From contig NIVC01000622.1 of assembly GCA_002269645.1 (NCBI GenBank), forward strand, positions 124,001 to 188,000: a DNA stretch of 64,000 bases. The letters run 5' to 3'. The notes under the pieces were generated by a model that saw only the letters and a list, made by a program, of their open reading frames with translations, had not been told where the DNA came from and did no database searches. Origin of the DNA: Macrostomum lignano. Taxonomy: Eukaryota. Both the position numbers and the translations under genes were made by a program. This document shows, one piece after another, positions 10,819-24,222 of the stretch (position 1 is its first letter; every line of letters begins with the position of its first letter).

Positions 10819-12700
10819 TGTGATCGGAAACCTTCCTGTTAGTATCGGCTTGTGTGTGCGTCGGTATGCGGTCTCTGGCCAAACCCATAGAGTTGTAATG
10901 AGCAAAGGCAGCGCTAAAGAATAAATAAAAAAGAATGAAAGAAGGCAAAGTAAGCTGCGAGAGCATGCAGCTTGATTGTCAAGTGAAATTGATTCAATAA
11001 TCGACCCCGAGCTAACAATGGCGACGAGGCTGCCAACCATCGAACCGCTAGAAGAGAGCGAGGACCCCCACCGATGGCTGCAGCGATTCGAAATCTGCGC
11101 CACGCTGAATGACTGGAAAGACGACAAAAAGCGCAACGCTTTTCTGGCGCTGCTCGGCAAGCGAATTTTCAACCTCCTTGCTGATGCGGTGCTGCCCGAT
11201 AAGTTGGACACCAAGGACTTTGATACGCTCAGCAAGCTACTCACCAAAGAGGTCAAAGGTGAGAAATCTGTGATTGCAAGCCGCTACGAGTTCCATAGAG
11301 CGAAGCAGGAGAACAATGAAGACATAGCCACTTACAGCAGGAGGCTGAAGCAGCTGTCCGAAGCCTGCAAATTTACCGATTCGGCAGACCGGCTCAGAGA
11401 TCAGTTTATCTTTGGACTCCAGAGTAAAGAGATTCTGCGGAAACTACTGTCTGAGAAAATCGAAGACCTGACGTGGAACAAGTTAACGGCGGTAGCTGCG
11501 GCTTGCGAAGCGGTCCAGCGTGGGGAGAAAGACATGACCGGCTTGAATGTACTGCAGATGCGTCAGACAAGTGGTCGACCGCAAAAAGGCAGCGAAGCCG
11601 GAAGGAAACGTTCACAAAAACCCACGAGTGAGGACAAGAACGCCAAGCAGGTCACTTGCTACTGCTATGGGAAACCTGGTCATCTAAAGAGTGAATGCCG
11701 ATTCAAATCCTTGAAGTGTGATAGCTGCGGAAAATTGGGTCACCTGAGATCTGTCTGCAGAGCTTCGAAGACAAAGGCCGAAAGACACCGAGAGTCTTCA
11801 AGGGTTCGACTAGTGCTGCAATCACCATCAATGGAGAAGTGTGAAGAGGATCAATGCGACAAGATATTCTCCATGACAACCAGCAAGCAGAGAATTTTGC
11901 GCACAGTGAGTATTAACGGCACAAGTGTTGAAATGGTGTTTGATACGGGTGCGGATGCCTCATTGGTATCCAAACACTCATTCGAACAACTGTCACAGAG
12001 GACAGATGTTATGCCAGCCGACAGAACATTTAAGGATTATTAGGGCTGCGCAGTCCCGCTGTTTGGTAAGTCGATCGTCACAGTGCAGTTCAACGGCATC
12101 ACAACACAGCTTCCCATCTTCATCGTGGATCGGCCAGGAGCTCCGAACATCTATGGGCTTGAGTGGATGCACGCCCTTGAGCCGCACCTGAATATTTACC
12201 AGGTTACGCATTTCGAAGCACATCTAGTTTTAAAGGACGAAGCCAGACCCGTGTTTCTCAAGCCAAGACCTATACCATACGGCATTCGAGAGAGTGTGAA
12301 ACAGGAACTGGACCGCCTGGAAAGTGAAGGAATTCTGAAGATTGATCAGAGCGAATGGGCAACGCCGATTGTGGTTGTGAGAAAGCAGAGTGGAAAAATA
12401 CGCATATGCGGCGACTACAAGGTGACTGTCAACAAATCCCTATGCGATATGGTCTCAACCACCCCATGCATTGAAGATGTGTTGAGCCAGTTGGGTGGAG
12501 CCAAGATCTTCTCTGTTCTCGATCTGACGAACGCTTACCTACAGTTACCAGTAGACGATGCGTCTGGAAGCATCCTAACTCTGAGCACCCCTTTCGGGTT
12601 ATATCAGCCCAAAGCCCTTGCTTATGGTGTCAAACAGGCACCGGCAATTTTTCAGGGATAAATGGACAAGCTATTAGCTTCGGAGAAAAATGTGGTCATT
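10819..12700 (+). mobile_element. 3'-truncated Gypsy (Mag-like) LTR retrotransposon: putative LTR, PBS, gag, protease, RT N-half
   Basis: ..CTAACA followed by PBS TGGCGACGAGG (11019), which overlaps ATG 11018. Gag has two CCHC knuckles (CYCYGKPGHLKSEC, CDSCGKLGHLRSVC). Protease VFDTGA. RT motifs WATPIVVVRK, RICGDYK, FSVLDLTNAY, YGVKQAPAIFQ. In-frame stops at 12041 and 12659; cut before YxDD. LTR start 10819 is tentative. Confidence 0.9.
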
Positions 12701-13049
12701 TTCATATTACGTTTTACTTTATAAGCCCAAGCCAAAGTGGTAGATACTCTCAAGTGAATTTTTTTGTTTTCTTCCTTCTCGATTCAAGTAATTTTGTAAT
12801 CAAAAATGTTGCATGCAGGTACTCTTAGTCTTAAGCTAGGCCTTGGCTTAAAAAATGATCGCTTTCTAAAAACTAGGTCAACAACAATATGAAAAATTAT
12901 ATTGGTAAACTTTGTCTGCATCTAATTATATAGAAAAGTCAAGAAATAGCTAGTAATATGCATTTTATTGAAACTATACCTAGGATGATGGCTTAAGAGT
13001 GCGTACATGCAGCATTTTTATTACAAATATACTTGATTCATGGGGGATC

Positions 13050-14560
13050 AAAACAAATTTAAACTGTGAGCAGGAATCAATTTAATGGAAGTGGGTCTTG
13101 TACGCTTGTGATATTGCTTGTACAATTTTGTGACATGTTGAGTTGTTCTGCTGTTTCAAGTCATCTCTCTAATTATAAGATGACCTGGCGGAGACGTGAA
13201 TGCTGTCATTTCTTATGCAGTCCGATAAAAAAGCAAGTTTTGATAGATTCAGAGCCGCTATGCACATTTCAGGCATTTCATTGCGGGTCGGGAAAATTTG
13301 CTGCATACAATCTTAAATGAGCTGTGTGGCCTGTCACATCCCAGTCAGACTTGCCTCTAAGCATATTTTTTTAAATCTGAGAATCGGAAAAGCAGGTGTT
13401 AATTTTTTGATAATTTATAATTAATGGAAAATAACCGCTGCTCCAAGAGGCATGGAAAGAAGAAGCTTAAGCAGAGCCTTGTCTAGAATTTGATTTGGAC
13501 AACTGGGATGGAGTCTCAAGTTATTGATGTTGGCTCTGCTTTTCACCTGAAACATAATGAGCATCAGGCATTTAATAGCACAGTGTCTGCCTTGACAGTC
13601 AACAGATCCCTTTTTTGCATGCAATTTACGAGGATTTATGCCTGGCATGGCCACTTTTGAGCCACAATAGGCGGATAAAACCCCTAGCAGTGTCGCTTCA
13701 ACGAAATTCCAGCTAGACGGGGTGAAGATGCATTGTTAGCTTTAGATAAGAATCCTTAATTTTGCTGGATATGCATTCGAGTACCGCCACAGGTGCGTCT
13801 TCTCAGTGAGTTTTTTATTTTAATGATTATTTGTTCAGCAAAAAACGGGGAATGCTGAATGCATTAAGTTGTGAATCTAACGAGTGCAACACATGCACAG
13901 ATATGCACTTCGCTCATTCAATGGAAATCAAAGGCGTAGTTAGCAAGAGTAGTCCTTATTCAGAAGCTATTGTTTTTACAGAACAGATGAATTCGATATT
14001 GGCGAAAGCAATTGGAAAAGTTGGTTTTATAAGCAAATAGCTGCGTGAAAACTGCTTACTTTATCCACAATAACTGAAAAATCCACAATTTACCCAGTCT
14101 GAGCAATGTCAGACGCTCTTAATTAATACCACTCTTTGAATTACAACTTTAAACTTTCACGCGAAAGTGTTGGCCTCTCCACGCGACCACACATGTCCTA
14201 CTAAGCGATACAAGTGTTCAGCTTTCATATTTATTGGCGATCGGCTACCCGAAACCACCAGTCGTGTACGACGTTGAGTCGGTTGAGTCGGCAGCTGAGG
14301 ACAGCTGCACCAGTACGTCCAGTGGTGTGTCAAGTCTGATGCGTCTTGGCGCATCAGATTTTGGAATCGGGAACTAAGGAGCATTGCGTCGAGGCGCAGA
14401 TCAGCAAGGACCCGCGCACTCGGTACTGTGCCGTGTATACCCTATACTGCACCGCGGTAGATTCAAGGATACAACACACTTTTCTGAGGATTAAAACCGC
14501 AACGAAGCTGAAGGACGGCTGGAGCTCAGAAAAGCCGGACTTGTGATGGAAATTAAAATC
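13050..14560 (-). pseudogene. Degenerate BTB/POZ(-BACK)-like gene, copy A
   Basis: Broken frames give CVVAWRGQHFRVK (BTB start), KRDLLTVKAD (BACK-like) and QILDKALL. Near-duplicate of 16660-17720. Many stops and frameshifts. Confidence 0.45.
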
Positions 14561-16659
14561 CAATCAAAATGCGAATAAAACCAGAGGGCAGAAGCACGGC
14601 AACGTTATTTGTGCCAACAAGCTGCCCAGTCGGATGAAGCACAAACCGTCCATGGTTTAAAGGCTCGAAAGCTACAACTTCAACACAAGAGCTTTAATTT
14701 ACCCTAACATTCCTGCAATACAGTGGATATGCAGTAGAATGTAAGCAGATGAAGAAATCAGTAAAGCATTGCATGATTTCGAATGAACAGCAGCAATACG
14801 AAGTCGTGCTCGAGTAGCTCGAAATCATTTTCTACACTCTAACTCTGAGTTGAGTTTCAACCATTTTTTTATCCTGAATACTGATCGCCGGAGCAGTCTC
14901 CGGGCTTTGCGATGGGCTCACCTAGATAATAACCGCTGGGTTTAACATGTATCCAAATAAGCACTGTACTAACTCTAATAAAGGTAAATAATTCAGTTCT
15001 ACTTTGTCCAACAGATGTTAAGAGCCACCGGCTAAAAGGCAATGCATAATTGCCTCTTGCAATTTTTACTAGTGAAAAATATTGAAATTTCAATAATATA
15101 ACGATTTATTTTTCCGATCGGTTGCCTCGACAGTCGCAATATTGATGTCAGTTATACATCTCGCATATTTGCAAATTCAGCAAGCAGGGTAAATCTTATT
15201 CGAACCCCATGACAGAAGAAGCGCGTGCAATTTTTTGTGTATTGTGCATTCTACACAATTCTGAGACCGCAGGATGATATCTTATGCCAAAAGTAAAAGA
15301 CCCGCTAAAAGTCACTACAAAGAAGTTCTACTTCATTCTACGAGTACAGATGTTTTATGAGCCACAGGCTAAGGGGCAATTATTATTGTCTATAATAGTT
15401 TTCTAGTGGTCCTTGGATGTTTCTTTGTAGAATTCTTTGTTGTATCCGTAGCTACAGTGAAACTCTAAATTTTTCAAAACATCTGATTAAAATATTAAAA
15501 ATTCAAAAAGATTTCCGACATTTTTTCAGAGTTAAGATTGTTTTTTTTAAAGTTCCTTGCCGATACTCGTAGTATACTCGTATAATCCTGAATGCATCTG
15601 GTTATTTTTGTTGATTCTACAGATCGTTATCGTCATCGTTGTAAAATATGCTGTCCAGGAGCTTATTTTATATTTCTACCTTCAATGCTTAATAATGCTT
15701 TGATAACGTTGTGCTAATTACATTGATAAAGTGAGAAAGTTGCTCCTGTTGTGGTTTTTTGACAGATAATTTTCAATGTGATTCTGAATAATAATATTGT
15801 TGCTATTTAGATGTGAATTTAATATAGAGTAAATTAGTACCTAATTGTTACAATACTCAGGGCTTCAGTAAAGTTAAAAACTATGAATAAACTTCAAATT
15901 TAAGCGTCTAAAATTTCAAATTTAAAAACGTTTAATTTAAAAAATTTAAAGACTTTCAACAATGTTTTCTTTAAAGTCAGAAACCACTGACTGCAGAAAC
16001 GTCAGGGCTTGGAATTTAATGGACAATTTACTAAAGACGTGTGGCTAAGATGGTTTTTGATTTTCTTTATCGATATATAGCGACAATTCACAACGATGCC
16101 TCCTGTATGATTCAACACTTTAAATCTACAGCAGCTTCCGTTTTTGCTTGACGGTAAGTCGTCATTATCTTGAAACGAGCTTCTTGAAACGAGATTGGAA
16201 GTACGACCCTGACAACCGAGTGGAATGCCTTCTAGAAACATGAAGATAACAATCAGAATGGAATGGCATCGAGGCCACCTCAATGACGCAGCATATCGAG
16301 ACAGGATTTCCGCCACTGTGTCTGCTTGGTCTACTTGGATTTGAATCTGGTCTGCTCACGTCGAGGTCCAGCTCGGGCTGCAACTGAGCTAAAAGCAGTT
16401 ATCCATTTTAACCCTGTCACAGCGCAAGACTACGATCTAAAACTCGTGTGTCTGATGCTCTTCAAGCCTTGTGCCTGCTTAGGTCGACTGCGGCGTGGTC
16501 CATTTGTTGAGTGCCTCTTCACAGATGATTCCGTGTTTAATTTACTCTTTAGGATGCACAATGCCTCAGCGGACGCCTTAGTTTTGTTCAGTTCAGTTCA
16601 GTTCAGTCCAAAAGATCTTTATGGCTTTTTAAATTATAAACCTTGACGGATTGATGAAA

Positions 16660-17720
16660 ATTTTGATGTAAGTGGGTCCTGTGATATTGCTTGTACAATA
16701 TTGTGACGTGTTGGGTTTTTCTGCTGCTTCAGGTCATCACTCTAATATACGATGATCTGGCAGACAAGTTAAAGCTGCAATTTCTTCTGCAGTCCAACAA
16801 AGAAAGCAAGTTTCGATAGATTCAAAGCCGCTGTACGGACATTTCAGGCATTTTATTGAGGATCGGAAAGATTTATGGTTTACAAGCTTACATGAAGGAA
16901 AATTGAAAGCTGTATGGCCTGTTACATCCCAGTCACAATTGCCACTTAAAATAAAATGCTCAGAGAATCGGAACAGCTGGTTTTCATTTTTTAGAACATT
17001 GTAATTAATGGCAAATAACCGCTGCTCCGAGAGGCATGGAAGAAGAAGCTCAAAAAGAGCCTTCTCTAGAATTTGATTAGGTGATTAGGACGACTGGGAT
17101 GCAGTTTCAAGTTATTGATGTTGGTTCTGCCTTTCACCCAAAACTTAATGAGCATCAGGCATTCAATGACTCTGTGTCTGCCTTGACAGTCAACAGATTC
17201 TTTCCTCTAGGCTTGAAATTAATGCCTCCATGGCCACTTCTTGCGCAATTACCGGTGTTTAAAACACCAGCAGTGTCGTTTCAGCGAATGCCAGCTGTAT
17301 GGGAAGGAGATGCACCTGTTAGCTATGGATAAGTATCCTTAATTTCTCTGGATATGCATACGAATACCACCACAGGTGCTTCTTCTCAGGGAGTTTTTGT
17401 TAATGACTATTTGCTCAGAAAAAAACGCGGAATGCATGAAGTTGAGAATGAAACGAATGCACCGCTGAAACAAGCAATCGCTTTGTTCATTGTAATAAAA
17501 AGATCGAATGCTCTGAAAATCAGAAGCGTAGTTAGCAAGAATTTCGTTGTGATTCAGTAGTAGCATTTGCTTTTACAACAACACGCGATGAGGATTAACT
17601 GATACCGATTTTTTAATTACAGCTTCAGGCTTTTACATGAAAGTGTTGGCCTCTCCACACGACAACACATGCATATCCTACTCGAACCGAAACCACGGTA
17701 CCCGAAACTACCCAAAACCC
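16660..17720 (-). pseudogene. Degenerate BTB/POZ(-BACK)-like gene, copy B
   Basis: VVVWRGQHFHV; HNEILANYASDFQS (cf. H+.vLa..S.yF); FILNFMHS..QIVINKN (cf. lL.f.Ytg.i.i...n); ALISSLEEKNLLTVKAD. Spread over several frames with stops. Confidence 0.5.
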
Positions 17721-18134
17721 GGTAATGGCGTACGACGCAGACGTGAATCCTGATCCTCACAGTAGTCTCCATAGGCTTTGGAAAATGTATTGCATATTAT
17801 AGGCTTACCTAGAAAAAAATCGCTTCTGCACATACACGTATACAGTGTACTAACACTATTAAAGTTTCATTAAATAAAGTGTTCAGTTCAATTTTTTGTG
17901 CTACAGATGTTATTGGCATATGATGAGAGGCAACTTCTTACTCTCCATAATAGCCTTCAGAAATTTTTACTAGTGAAAAATTTTGAAACTTTAATAGTAA
18001 CGATTTTTTTTTGCGGCCGGTTGCACTCATACGACGCGGAATAAATATCGGGGTCGTGATTCAGTGTGTTTATTCACGGTGATAAAAGCGTCTTTGATAG
18101 TCAAGTGTCGTCCAAAAAGTCATCGCCTTGTTTC

Positions 18135-18856
18135 TCAGCCACGCTGGTAGAGAGTCCAGTCGGGTCCGGTCAGGCTGGCTGGCGGGTAGGCGAACGCCAG
18201 CAGGTGGCAGGCGAGCAGCCGCTTGGAGAAAACGGCGGCCTGGCAGTCGGCTCTGGCGCTGCACTTGGCCAGGCAGTCCATGACGGATTGAGCAGCGGCC
18301 GGCCAGAACGAGGTATTGCTGGTTATCACAGTGAGGGTGGAATTCTTCAACATCTTGTAGATGTTTTTGTCTAAAAATAGATATTTTTCTTTGTATTAAC
18401 ATTTTTGGTCGATATTTACGTGGCTATTTTTGCTGTTTATTTCAACTTACTCGGGTAGGCCAAAGCGAAAACGGAGTTGATGGCGAAGCCTCCGCAAGTC
18501 TGCAGCGAGTTTCCAGTACACTGCTTGTTGCACTTGCTCTTGCTCAGTTTACCATGCGATCCATAGGTCGTTCCACAGAAGCAGAACCTACTGTTTTGCA
18601 CTCCAAAGTAGGGGAAGCCGCCCAGAGAACAGAGGTCGCTGCAGAACTCGAGCGACATGTCATCGGTATGTATTATGCCGATATTAGCATCAATTTTGTA
18701 AGAACCCAGGCTGCTCACTCCTTTCAGCGCGGTCAAGTCTCTGTTGAAGTTGTTACCGTCTTGGTAGCATCCGATGTACGAGATTTGAGCAACCCTTCCT
18801 GCAGCACAGGTCAGTAGAGCGCACAGCAACATTGACTGAAACATGCATATGCCCAT
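18135..18856 (-). CDS. Secreted WSC + PAN/apple-like protein, copy 3 (exons 18856-18451 and 18370-18135)
   Basis: Paralogous sequence. 80-nt phase-1 intron GTAAGT(18450)..TTTTAG(18371). The spliced frame is intact to TGA. Confidence 0.85.
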
Positions 18857-19921
18857 TGAGAAAAGCAAGTGGTTTTAATTTTTAAACAAAGTAGTTTAAT
18901 GCATCTCAAGTCGTGCGTTACTTTTTGTAGCTTTGTCAGTGCTGGCACAAATAATCAGCAGCTTGGTTTTTATCCAATCAGCTTGGATGTAGGCACTGCT
19001 AGTAGTATTTTGAAAGACGAAAACTGGATGAAATAAGATAAGTGTAAAGTAAAAACTTTTAAACTCTGATGTGACTCGTGCTTTCTCGGTTTTGATCCTA
19101 AGATTGGCCTGAGAACTGCTTTTAGATATTAACAGGCGGCACTGCAGTGGAAACGCAATGTCTTTTCTTTGTTTGTAACGGATGTCTCCATAATTTCAAA
19201 ACAATAATAATTGTCAGCTTTTAAAAATCCCCTGAAATTTAAATTGCAACAATTATGCAAATAAATAACGATTTAAAAGCACCAGATTTGACCGCAGGTG
19301 TGTCTTCTGCCGAACTTTACAAGCACTGAGCTTTGCTCGTGGTTATTGGTGATATTCTCAAGCATTTTGGCACGGCAGCAAAAGCTTCAGGTGTTTCCAG
19401 ATGATTCCCAGATGCGAATGGCGGAAAGCAATAAAAATACCCATTGCAATATATGCAACACTTGATTGCATTTAGACAGTCGCACTTAATGCATGTAGTT
19501 AATTGGAGTTAGATTTTTGCTTTCACAAATAACTTTAACGTTGTAAAATATGCTGTCCAGCAGCTTGTTTTTATATTTCCGGCTGCAATGCTTACGTTGA
19601 AAAATAAGATTTAATAAATAAATTAAATAAAATTTATAGTTGCAATAAGATGTGAATTCGATATAGAGCGAAGCAGCAACTAAATTTTTATAAAGTGCGT
19701 GTAAGATATTCGGAGCTTCAGTAAAAAACGATGATTTATACGTCAAATGTATGCGTCTAAAAGTGTATAGTAAAAAAATAGGGGACTTTGGTTTGTGACC
19801 TTTGTTGGACGTCAGTTTCAAAGGTTAATTAACAACTTTATATTCTAACATTATTATAATTAACAATATAAAAGACGAAAAACGATTACAGCTGCCCCAA
19901 TTGAGCTAGATGTGTAATCGA

Positions 19922-20177
19922 CAGCTCAGCCGCAGCTATTGCGCGGCGCATCTGAAGGCTGCGTACGGCTGTTCAGTCCAAGGACTGGGTGGGGGGTGGA
20001 CACACACACTCTCAATTACCCCGGCTAATGCTGGTACCCATTTTACAGCTGGGTGAACTGAAGCAATGCAGAGTTGAGTGACTTGCTCGAGGTCACAAAT
20101 TGTTCCGGGTGGATCGAGAATCGAACCTCGACCTTCAATTCGCGAGACAAAAGCTCTAACCACTAGGCTAAAAGCCC
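19922..20177 (-). mobile_element. tRNA-derived SINE, apparently full length (~255 bp)
   Basis: Minus strand: TAGCCTAGTGG (A box), GGTTCGATTC (B box), TGTGACCTCGAGCAAGTCACTCAACTCTG (CORE-like), tail ACAGCCGTACGCAGCCTTCAGATGCGCCGCGCAATAGCTGC. Confidence 0.8.
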
Positions 20178-20320
20178 CTTTTTTAACTTTTCAACAGTTA
20201 AAAAAACCACTGACTGTAAAAACGTCTGGCGGACGTTTTGCTTTGGACGCTAATAGACAGTAAAATTTTATTGCGATTTGTGCTTCAAATTGCTTTTAAT
20301 TTTTTTCGATACTTTGGGAC

Positions 20321-22809
20321 TGTTAAATAAATAATCAAGTCTAATAAATCTGAGGGTTAGACTCTAACAAAAAACAGGTAAATTAGCCCTGTGGCTAAGT
20401 TATTGCTTATGTAATAAATTAAATCGATATTCTCTCTCTCCAACTCTCTGACTCATCAACGCCTCATCCACATCAACCCCACCCCAACACACTCTGAGAC
20501 GGGGACCGCCAAGTGTATGTTGTAACCCGGGTCGGTTTGGGTGCCCAGTCCCGAGTACAATATATATTATATGTGATATAACAGGCGTTGTGACGCTCTG
20601 TCTGTACTTTTATGAATACGACGAGCAAGCGTGACGACGCTCTGCGATAATAGTTCGATCCCTCTGGTGTTGTGACACTCAGAGTTCACGCTGCGGCTCG
20701 AGGTGTGGTGACACTTTCGAGTGCTTCTAGTCTCTATACCGTAGGGTGTACGCAATATATAGGGTAAACGGTACAGTACTACAAAAGCTATATGATCTCC
20801 CGGCGTTATGACGCTCTGGCAAGAACTCGGCCTAGCAAGCTTCCCGAAAAGAAAGGACTCAAACAGCAGGCGGCTTACCAGTGGCCAAATGACTGTTCAC
20901 CGTTGATTGCTCGTAGGTCTCAAGCGCAGGTTCGCAGGTTCGCACGTTTGTTGATTGGCTCGTAGGTGTCAAACGCGGCTTCTAACTTTTCTCAATTCTC
21001 CAAGATTCTTTTTAAAGACTAACTTCTCAATTGAGCCCTCGGGTTTGTTTTATCGTAGGTAGCTAATGTCGCTGTTTCTTACTTAAGCAAAGTCTCGCGC
21101 TTGCAACCACGGAGCACACAAAACACAAAATAGCACAAACAGGACTAACAGAGAAACAGAGAAACCGAGAAACAGAGCGAAGGGCGTGAGAAAGGCCTAG
21201 AGCCGCATTAAATAATACCCAAACCCTGGGGCCGATGGCCCCACCGGCTAAGCTCACCAAAACAAACCACGCCGGCCCAGCCAATCAAAACCCCGCCTAA
21301 GGGGGGAGGGGCTGCACCCGCGCCAAAGCTGGCCCGGCCGCAGCCAACCAGCCCTGAGCACGGGGCAGGGGCACGGCTGGGGAGGGGCACGCGCAAAGCC
21401 CGGCCGGCGGCCAGACCCTGCCATGCCCGCCAACCCCCCCAACCAGCCCCAAAGTGCAACGCGCCCTGCCAACTGACAAGGGCGCATGCACTACATGTAC
21501 ACTGGCGACGCTACACATAGCAGAGGATCGGTACGCAGGCACTCCAAATCCAACACACTCCCCCTAATGATGCTTCATCATTACTTAAAGGTTGATACGA
21601 GTATTCGAAGAGCGAAAATATTACGCAAACGAACGGCAGCAAATCGTCAACAGTTTGAATGCGAATTCAGCAACGAAGAAGCACGTAAGTGAGGAACAAA
21701 GGGAAAACGAAACTTAAAAAAAATCCAATCAGCGCTAAGGAGCTCAAAAGGTAAGCTTGAAAGTGAGTGAAAATTACTGCGAACTAAGCTAAACAGGAAC
21801 TCGAAATAACGATTAGAACAGTCATTGAAAGTCAGTTACCTAAGTTTATTCGGTCACAGCTTCCAACAAAATCAGGTTCTCCACCGGTCGGCGAATCAAG
21901 CATCTCCTGGGACCGCGGCCAGGTCTGGGCGCGACTCGAACCGTTGCAGATCTCACCGCCCCGTCTCGGCCAGGATGCACCGACTCGATGACACCGGTAC
22001 ACCAGGTGAGCCTCGGCTGCCCGGCTTCACCTTTCACCAGGATGATGTCGCCGGCCGTCGCTTTTCGAGTTACGCCATGCTTGGGACTTAGATTATGTTC
22101 TCGCAGGCTGGTCAGATACTGTCGCTCCCAGCAGTCCCAGAAGGCTTGCAGTCTGGCGCGCATTCGCCTCAGCAGTGTTGGCAAAGGCAGCAGGAGCTCG
22201 GGCGCACCGCTAGAAGTTGGCTCCGCCGTCAGCCGTTGCAGGACCAGAAAGTGCGCCGGCGTCAGGACTTCTCCGTTGGTCTCGGCATCCATGTAGAGTA
22301 GAGGCCGACTGTTAAGCACCGCTTCCACCTCCATTAGCACTGTCTGCAGTTCGTCCAGCGTCAGGGTTGCGTTGAGGATGGTCTTGCGCAAAGCCAGCTT
22401 GATGTCCCTCATCAGTCGCTCCCAGAAGCCTCCTTGCCATGGTGCGCGTTTGACGATGAATTGCCAGGTGATTTTCCTGGTGGCGCAGAAGTATTGAACT
22501 TGTCAACTCTCCGACGCCTGAAGTATTCTGGCAGTCTTGGTGAATGTCTTGGCGTTATCAGAAATAATCAACTCTAATAAATCTGAGGGTTAGACTCAAA
22601 CAAAAAAAACAGGTAAATGAGCCCTGTGGCTAAATTATTGCTTATATATTAAATTAAATCGATCTCTCTCTCCAACTCTCTGACTCATCAACGCCTCATG
22701 CACGCTTCAACCCCACTCCAACACACTCTGAGACGGGGACCGCCAAGTGTACACTGGCGACGCTACACATAGCAGAGGATCGGTACGCAGGCACTCCAAA
22801 TCCAACACA
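20321..22809 (-). mobile_element. BEL/Pao LTR retrotransposon, internally deleted (two ~255-bp LTRs, integrase C-half only)
   Basis: LTR copies at 20321-21557 (with nested insertion) and 22562-22809. Perfect 5-bp TSD GGGAC (20316-20320, 22810-22814). PPT GGGGGAG. Pao integrase motifs SDNAKTF, APWQGGFWERL, LNSRPL, LTPAHFL, FWDCWERQYL, GRDGAVR, RRPVENL. Confidence 0.92.
20518..21495 (-). mobile_element. Solo LTR (978 bp) nested in the BEL 3' LTR
   Basis: TGTTG...CTACA termini with a 4-bp TSD TGTA. The uninterrupted empty site AAGTGTACACTGG is present in the other BEL LTR (22746-22758). On the minus strand it has a GC box, ATTGG and a TATA-like motif. Confidence 0.85.
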
Positions 22810-22899
22810 GGGACAATTTATCAGACAGGCCAGAAGTGGGGTCGAGCATGCTGCTAAGTGTTGGGGTGAGTGTCCATTAGGGTCCATCATGAGGGTGAG

Positions 22900-23531
22900 T
22901 TTCTGGATGTGAGTGAGTGTCCATTGGTTGAGTGTACCCGGTTTCAAGACCCGATGTGATACAAGATCCGAATCCGTATCACCACCGAGCATTCGCAGCA
23001 TTGCATCGGGCTTCTGTTCCACCAGAGGCTTCAGGTGCCGATACCACAGCTCATATATGATGAGCTTGCCTAGCACATCTGGCCTTTCTTAGTGCCTCAA
23101 ATTACGTGCTACCCTGCGCCCTGGCCAAGGTGGCGCTGTACGCTGATTGGCTGCGGCCTCGCGCTACTGGTCTATACTCGTAAAAGTAGCGATCTACAGC
23201 AGGCACTAGTATTCTCTCGTCGATTGTCTAAAGATGGTCGCAACAATTTGCGTGAGAGGAGCCGATCTGGCGATCCGGGTCCTGGTGAGCCAAAAGCATG
23301 GAGGAGGTTCTCGCAGAGACGGAGAAGATTGTGAAGCTGTGTGCGGACTTCTTGCGATTGACCAGTCTGCCCCAGATTCGCATCAAGACTATTACCGCTG
23401 TGACGGCCTTTCCCGCGGGTCGACATCCACTCCGGTTGGGGGAAGTCAAGTCTAAGTGGCCGCATCGGGGCACCCACGAGCCGGAAATGTTTAACGGACT
23501 TGTGCTCGAGTTTACTGCCTCTGTAAAATGA
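22900..23531 (+). pseudogene. Coding-like decayed segment of unknown family
   Basis: Host-exon-like codon usage across broken frames (NYVLPCALAKVALYADWLRPR.. MEEVLAETEKIVKLCADFLRL). No recognisable motif. Confidence 0.25.
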
Positions 23532-24003
23532 TTTTGTTTCATTCATATCGCTGTATAATAGCTGGCGCTCGCAGCATGGTTGAGGCTCAGACTGCAGCTG
23601 ATGCCCTCTCCGAATTTTGCATGCAGACCAAGCATCCGAGCCTACTTTGCTGAACTCTGACTGCACTCCTTAACGGCATAACAGTAGTAGTGAGGCATTT
23701 ATCATTAAATAATACTATAAAATTCTTTTTCTGCAATATGTTTTTTGAGTTTTAAAAAAAGTACAAGACACTGTTCATCGCCTGGTGATATTGCAATGAC
23801 TGTTTTGCTTATTTATTTCTAGTGGGTAGCATTAGCATTACCATTCTTGCCTCTCTCTTGAGTCCTGCACTCCACACCTCCCTTCATAATTTGGGCTTTA
23901 TTACATAAGTTAATGTCATATAAATATACTGGTTTGGGCCCTGCGCCCACTTCTGCTCCTTCTCTTAGTAGTCAATTTAACTCCAATTAAATATTCTCTA
24001 GTT

Positions 24004-24222
24004 TCATCTTATTCTTTTCTCGACATCGAGTTTCCTGTCGGCGAACTCCTCCAAGCGCTCTTTCAAGCTAGCCGGGTGTCGGAATTGATGAATAGTGAGC
24101 TCCATGCCGGGCAGACCTGGCCGATGATCCTCGCTAGACTTGAACCACTTTCTAATACTAATGGTCCGTGTGTCCGGCACCAGGCTGATGCGATAATCAT
24201 ATAATCGTTCCTTAAATTCCAT
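24004..24222 (-). CDS. Small PC4/Sub1-like ssDNA-binding-domain ORF (72 aa)
   Basis: ISIRKWFKSSEDHRPGLPGMELTIHQF..LKERL aligns by eye to the PC4 core IDIREYW..EGEMKPGRKGISLNPEQW..LKEQI. Intronless, ATG to TGA. Confidence 0.5.
   Translation of the reverse strand: MEFKERLYDYRISLVPDTRTISIRKWFKSSEDHRPGLPGMELTIHQFRHPASLKERLEEFADRKLDVEKRIR

Noticed and set aside
16000-16620. Possible LINE 3' fragment ending in (TTCAG)n
   Set aside because: No recognisable RT or 3'-domain motif and no TSD found, so it could not be supported.
17255-17310. WSC-like word (Y)AGISLKRHCWC in the duplicated 13.7/17.3-kb blocks
   Set aside because: It needs frameshifts to assemble and no other WSC cysteines follow. Flanking frames fit BTB-BACK better, so it is treated as chance.
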